64,000 nt of DNA from an uncultured bacterium. Its GTDB lineage: Bacteria; Verrucomicrobiota; Lentisphaeria; Victivallales; UBA1829. The notes under the pieces are model-generated. The model was not told the DNA's origin. It saw nothing but the letters and a program-made list of their open reading frames with translations, and searched no databases. Of this stretch, positions 59,722-64,000 are shown piece by piece (positions within the stretch are counted from its first letter, which is position 1; each line of letters opens with the position of its first letter). The position numbers and the translations under genes are program-made. The stretch lies in the NCBI GenBank assembly GCA_902802585.1, contig CADCMR010000003.1, positions 42,394-106,393 of the forward strand. Direction: 5' to 3'.

Positions 59722-62700
59722 TCACTCCGCTTTGGAGAAGATCTTCTGGAAATAATCGGCGAGCTCCATCGCCTTCCCGTACATGTTCACGTTCGTGTCC
59801 AGGCGGATGCCCTGGAAGATGCAGGGGGTGTTGGACTTCATGAACGAGGCGGTGTTCTCGTCGAACGCATAGTACAGCGCGCGGTTCGGTTTGCCGTCGA
59901 GCGAAAGCGAGAGCTTCATGTTCTCCTTTTCGGGGCCAACGGACTGCAGGCGCATGCGGACCCAGGAGTAGGAGAAGTCCTTCAGGGCGTCTTTCGCGAG
60001 TTCCATTTCGATGCCGGTCCCGGCCTCCATCAGCGCCTCGTCGAGGTCGCCCTTGATCACGCCGTTCTCGCCGGGCGTGGAGAAGAGGAACGCGTCCTCG
60101 AAGTAGATGTTGTCGATCTTCGACTTGCCGAACGCGTCGGTCTTCTGCACGAGCACGACCGGGATGGTGCCGTTGATGGAGCCGCTGCCGCTGATCTCGC
60201 CGAGCCCGATCTGCGTGAGGAAGATCGGCATCTCCAGGCGGTCGCAGTAGAGCACCGCCTCGGTGGTGGTCTGGCCGGGCCGGTACGTGATGCCGCCGAG
60301 CCGGATGTGGCCGTTGCACCAGTTCAGGAGGGCGTTTTCGACTTGCCAGGTGTCCGGAGCCTCCATGCGGAACGAGACGTTTCCGGGTCCGGTCTCGATC
60401 TTGTCGTACTTCGCGGACTTGAAGGAAAGCGTCTGGCCGGGCGCGGACTTGAGCACGGCGATCTCCGGGACCTCGAATCCGAGGCTGATGCCGCGCACCT
60501 CCAGGTTCTGCTCGGGGATGAAGACGTCAGCGTCGGCGATGCGGAACTTCGCGTTTCCGGTAGTGGTCTTCGGCAGGAGCCTGTACACCGCGCTGCCGCC
60601 GATCTTGCCGGTGCACGAAATCTGCTCGAACTGCGGCAGGAATTTGGCGAGATCCTTCGACAGGTCGGCGTCCTGTTCGGGAATCGTGATGCCGCACGCG
60701 GTCTCCACCCCGGCGGCGCCGAGCACGACATCCGCGTAAATCTGCCCGTCGATGGAGAAAAGTCTCGCGTCCGTTTTCAGGTGAAGCGCGTTCGCGGCGG
60801 CGTCCCACTGGATCGTGCCGTCGAGCGAGGCCGCCTGAATGCCGTTGAACTCGAAATCGCCGAGCGCGACCTTGCCCGTGCGCGGCAGGACGGTCTTTTT
60901 CGCCGGGGCGGGCTGTGCTTCTCCGGCGGAATCATTTTCCGCGACTTCGGCTGCCGCGGATTCGATTTCCTCCTCATCTTCGGAGGCAAGCATCATATCG
61001 AACGGAAATTCCCAATGCAGATTCTGCGCGAGGAGTTTCAGCTCCGGCATTTCGAGCTTGGAATCTTCGCAGACGACCTCGCCGGAGAGAAGTCCGTCGG
61101 CAAATGCTGCGTTCAGACCGAGTTCCGGAGCATCGTAGGTCAGCCCGGCGGCGTCCTGCTTGAACCGGAACGTCGTAATCTTCGCGTCCGCCTTGTATGC
61201 CTTTCCGTCGTCGGATCCCGCATGGAAGGCGAGCGTATCCGCCGAACAGCTCATGCCCTCAAGCTCGACATTGATTGCTCCGTTTGTGAGCTCTGAATGA
61301 GCGGATTTAATCACGTCTTCCAATTTTGCGTCGGCGGTAAACGATTTATGTTTGAAGGTCGCCTTTATGTCTTCCTTTTCGAAGACAAGTTCACCGCCGG
61401 TGATCCCTGCGGAAATACTTTTCTCTTCGCCTTTTTTCCCGAATCCGGCACGGATGGTTTCCGGTCGATAGTCGACGTTCATCCCTTTGAATCCGGCATT
61501 GATTCCCCCGCCAGCCAGCACGGCAGAAGCCTTTATCTCATCTCCGTTCATCTCGAATTTCCCCGTGATGGATTCCGGCTTGATGTCAGCGGTCAGCCCT
61601 TTGAGTTCAGGCACTATTGCTCCGACTTCTATGCCCGTCTGAACCTCAGAGAAAGCAAATTCAGCTGAGACGGAAAAACCGTCATTGATCATGTCTGCTT
61701 CCGCAGTGAGTTTATCTGGGCGGAGAGAGGCATCCACCCCCTTGTATTTTGCCTTGAGGAACGGTTTGTTTTTGAGCGCGAGGCTGAAGGATTTTTTTTC
61801 CTCGTCCATGGCGCCTCCGAAAGTGAATTCCGCGGGCTCGGACTCGGCGACTTTGAACTGGAATCCGCCCTCGACGGTGCGTTTCGGGAGCGAGACGGAC
61901 GCTTCAATGCCGCCGACCTCGAATGGGATCGCGTCGTATTCGCCCTTCAGCGTGCCGACCGTGAGCGAGACGACCTCGTCCGGGAGCATCTTCACGGAGA
62001 ACGGCGTTTCGGAGTTGACGCGGAGCCCCTCCGGCGTGCGGTATGCGACCGTGAACGAGCCTTCGACGGATGAATCCTCGCTGACCTTGAGCATGTTCAG
62101 GTCGAGCTCCGCCTTCGAGCGGAACGAGAGTCCGGCGCGCAGACCGCGCGGAAGACTGGAGCGGACCGTGCCGGGCATGGCGGACGTGGCAAAGGTGAAA
62201 TCGTCGAGGTTCAGCTCGACCTTCTTTTCCTTGTGCAGATAAGCCGCCTTGCACCGGATGCCGTTGGTCGAGAAATGGACCATGAGCGAGCATTCGAGCC
62301 TGTTCCAGCCCTGTTCCGCGTCGGGCGTGACCGAGACGGCATACGGGATGTGTACGTTGTCGATCGCATCCTCTCCGCGCGCCACGGCGGCAAGATTGCC
62401 GGAGAGTGATATCTTTCCGACCTTCACCGGAATGACGGTGTTGAGGTCATTCACGGGGGCGGAATCGTCCTTTTCCTTCGGCTCACTGGACTGGAACGAC
62501 TTCGCGAATACGTCGTAGGCGGGGATGGAAAACGATCCATCCGAATAATCCGCTACGACGTTGCAGTTTTCGACTTCGATGGATTCGATGGCGCGGTCGC
62601 GCATCAGTTCAATCGGAGAGTAGCGGATGGAGAGAGACCCGATGCTGCCGACGTTCAGCGGTCTGCCGTCGCGGGTGGTGTCTTTGACCTTGCAGGCGAC

Positions 62701-63021
62701 TTCCGCCGAGGTCAGGCTGATCGTTTTGATGCGGAACTCCACGCCGCCGCCCTCGGCGAGGGGCTGAAGGATCCTGTTGATGTCCTTTTCCAGGAGATAC
62801 GGCAGACATGCCAGCTCGACCAGCGCCCCCAGCAACAGCAGGCACAGGACCGACAGCAGCGCGATCGCCCACTTCGCACGGCGCGGGATAGGCTGTTTTT
62901 TCCCGGATGCAACGGAAGAACCGGACAGGTTTTTGTCCGGCTCGGAATTCCGCGTGTCGACCCCGGAAATATCTGGCGTCCCGGCGGGAACAGTCTTGTT
63001 TTCAGGTTCGGATTCCGGCAT
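59722..63021 (-). CDS. ydbH: YdbH family (AsmA-like) intermembrane lipid-bridge protein
   Basis: N-terminal TM, long beta-rich body, C-terminal SGSINGTIPV...ALKDFSYS..., ydbH-ynbE-ydbL gene order. Confidence 0.8.
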   Translation of the reverse strand: MPESEPENKTVPAGTPDISGVDTRNSEPDKNLSGSSVASGKKQPIPRRAKWAIALLSVLCLLLLGALVELACLPYLLEKDINRILQPLAEGGGVEFRIKTISLTSAEVACKVKDTTRDGRPLNVGSIGSLSIRYSPIELMRDRAIESIEVENCNVVADYSDGSFSIPAYDVFAKSFQSSEPKEKDDSAPVNDLNTVIPVKVGKISLSGNLAAVARGEDAIDNVHIPYAVSVTPDAEQGWNRLECSLMVHFSTNGIRCKAAYLHKEKKVELNLDDFTFATSAMPGTVRSSLPRGLRAGLSFRSKAELDLNMLKVSEDSSVEGSFTVAYRTPEGLRVNSETPFSVKMLPDEVVSLTVGTLKGEYDAIPFEVGGIEASVSLPKRTVEGGFQFKVAESEPAEFTFGGAMDEEKKSFSLALKNKPFLKAKYKGVDASLRPDKLTAEADMINDGFSVSAEFAFSEVQTGIEVGAIVPELKGLTADIKPESITGKFEMNGDEIKASAVLAGGGINAGFKGMNVDYRPETIRAGFGKKGEEKSISAGITGGELVFEKEDIKATFKHKSFTADAKLEDVIKSAHSELTNGAINVELEGMSCSADTLAFHAGSDDGKAYKADAKITTFRFKQDAAGLTYDAPELGLNAAFADGLLSGEVVCEDSKLEMPELKLLAQNLHWEFPFDMMLASEDEEEIESAAAEVAENDSAGEAQPAPAKKTVLPRTGKVALGDFEFNGIQAASLDGTIQWDAAANALHLKTDARLFSIDGQIYADVVLGAAGVETACGITIPEQDADLSKDLAKFLPQFEQISCTGKIGGSAVYRLLPKTTTGNAKFRIADADVFIPEQNLEVRGISLGFEVPEIAVLKSAPGQTLSFKSAKYDKIETGPGNVSFRMEAPDTWQVENALLNWCNGHIRLGGITYRPGQTTTEAVLYCDRLEMPIFLTQIGLGEISGSGSINGTIPVVLVQKTDAFGKSKIDNIYFEDAFLFSTPGENGVIKGDLDEALMEAGTGIEMELAKDALKDFSYSWVRMRLQSVGPEKENMKLSLSLDGKPNRALYYAFDENTASFMKSNTPCIFQGIRLDTNVNMYGKAMELADYFQKIFSKAE

Positions 63022-63318
63022 GATGCGTTCTGTATTTGATACTTGGGTGGTTTTTTAGAGAAAAAAAGGCGCATTAACCCTCAATGATGCTCTAATAATA
63101 TACAGGTCGAAGGTTCAAATACAACTGCCCGGCGGGCTTTTTTCCGCTTTTTTTGACGCGCAAATCCCGTACCGCGACAGACCGCACAGAAAGAAGCCCC
63201 CTTCCCGTTCAAATCTTTTCCGCTTTTTGATGATTTCGTTTGCATTCCCGGCACACGATGGTATATTATACCAAATCCGTTTGAACCGATCTCTTTTTCC
63301 GCACGGGATGAACAGAGC

Positions 63319-64000
63319 ATGCCCATTCCAATTGTCCAGCGTCTGAAAAAATGGTATCAGAAGAATATCTCAGGCCGTTATCTGCCCTGTACCGTGTTCT
63401 GCCGGGATCCCCTGGTCCTGGTCAGCTATGATACGGATTTTACAAAGAACGCACCGGCATTCCTTGAGGTGTTTTCCAGAAGCCGCGCGAAATCGGTCCA
63501 TGTCTTCCTGCAACTCGGCTGGGAACACGAGACGCCGAAGAATTCGGAACCGTTCGCACAGCAGATCAAAGACATCCAGGCGCAATGCGACCGCCTGAAG
63601 ATCACGATCCTCGCGAATTCCGAAAATGAGGAGCGCGTCCTCTCCGGACTCGGTTTGCATACCGTCTTCTGCAACCAGAACGCGTTCGTCGACGAGGCGC
63701 GCTATCCCGTTCTGCATCCGCCGAAAAAATACGATGCCATCTACGTCGCACGGCTTTCGCCGTTCAAACGCCATCCGCTGGCGGCGAAGATCATGTCCCT
63801 GCGTCTGATCGGATTCAAAGTCTGGTGGATCAAAGGGGAAGAAAAGTATTCCGAGGACATCGTTTCCAACCAGCTGAAACATGCCGTGTGGTCGCCTCAT
63901 GTCGATGCAACGGGCATTCCCGCCGAAATCGCCGCCGCGCACTGCGGACTCTGCCTGTCGCAGGTCGAGGGCGCGATGTTCGTGAGCATCGAATACCTGC
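63319..64000 (+). CDS. GT-B fold (GT4-like) glycosyltransferase, truncated by the window end
   Basis: Hand translation: MPIPIVQRLKK...YDAIYVARLSPFKRH...CGLCLSQVEGAMFVSIEYL (ExxxxxxxE motif). Confidence 0.7.
   Translation, partial: MPIPIVQRLKKWYQKNISGRYLPCTVFCRDPLVLVSYDTDFTKNAPAFLEVFSRSRAKSVHVFLQLGWEHETPKNSEPFAQQIKDIQAQCDRLKITILANSENEERVLSGLGLHTVFCNQNAFVDEARYPVLHPPKKYDAIYVARLSPFKRHPLAAKIMSLRLIGFKVWWIKGEEKYSEDIVSNQLKHAVWSPHVDATGIPAEIAAAHCGLCLSQVEGAMFVSIEYL

Noticed and set aside
58990-63021. ydbH-ynbE-ydbL as a novel system
   Set aside because: Known conserved operon in the expected order; nothing unusual beyond length.

Overview
High-GC chromosomal window from an anaerobic bacterium. The PVC-type gene set (TPR-ExbB-ExbD cluster, H...DG pilin-like proteins, ydbH-ynbE-ydbL) suggests Lentisphaerae/Victivallales, which is inference only. 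The housekeeping backbone is serA (partial), a DeoR-led 2-oxoacid-dehydrogenase-like operon (fused E1 alpha/beta, E3, an E2 lacking the catalytic His), an ftsQ-like gene, gyrB-recA, a superoxide reductase/flavodiiron/rubredoxin cluster, uvrA, rodZ-like, ftsK, purF, nspC, tRNA-Pro(TGG) and ydbH-ynbE-ydbL. Two accessory blocks stand out. (1) A ~12 kb Mu-like virion cassette (24479-36617) with intact-looking terminase, protease, capsid, cement, adaptor, beta-helix fibre and an odd lysis-like trio. It has no recognisable portal, small terminase, tape measure, sheath, transposase/integrase or regulator, so it is either an eroded prophage or a domesticated/split GTA-like module. (2) A tandem array of six mosaic, membrane-anchored pilin-like paralogues (49202-53141) with a length-variable H...DG loop, flanked on the left by two 19-bp palindromic repeats and on the right by a cluster of seven TGACGG/CCGTCA hexamers. 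Other notable items are an MlaA-alpha/beta-hydrolase fusion lipoprotein, an HHxxxDG acyltransferase coupled to a lipoprotein lipase, a covarying REP-like double hairpin present at two loci, a ~120-nt structured element after the capsid gene, and broken exbD and traX genes. All family assignments come from motif recognition by eye; no database searches were run.
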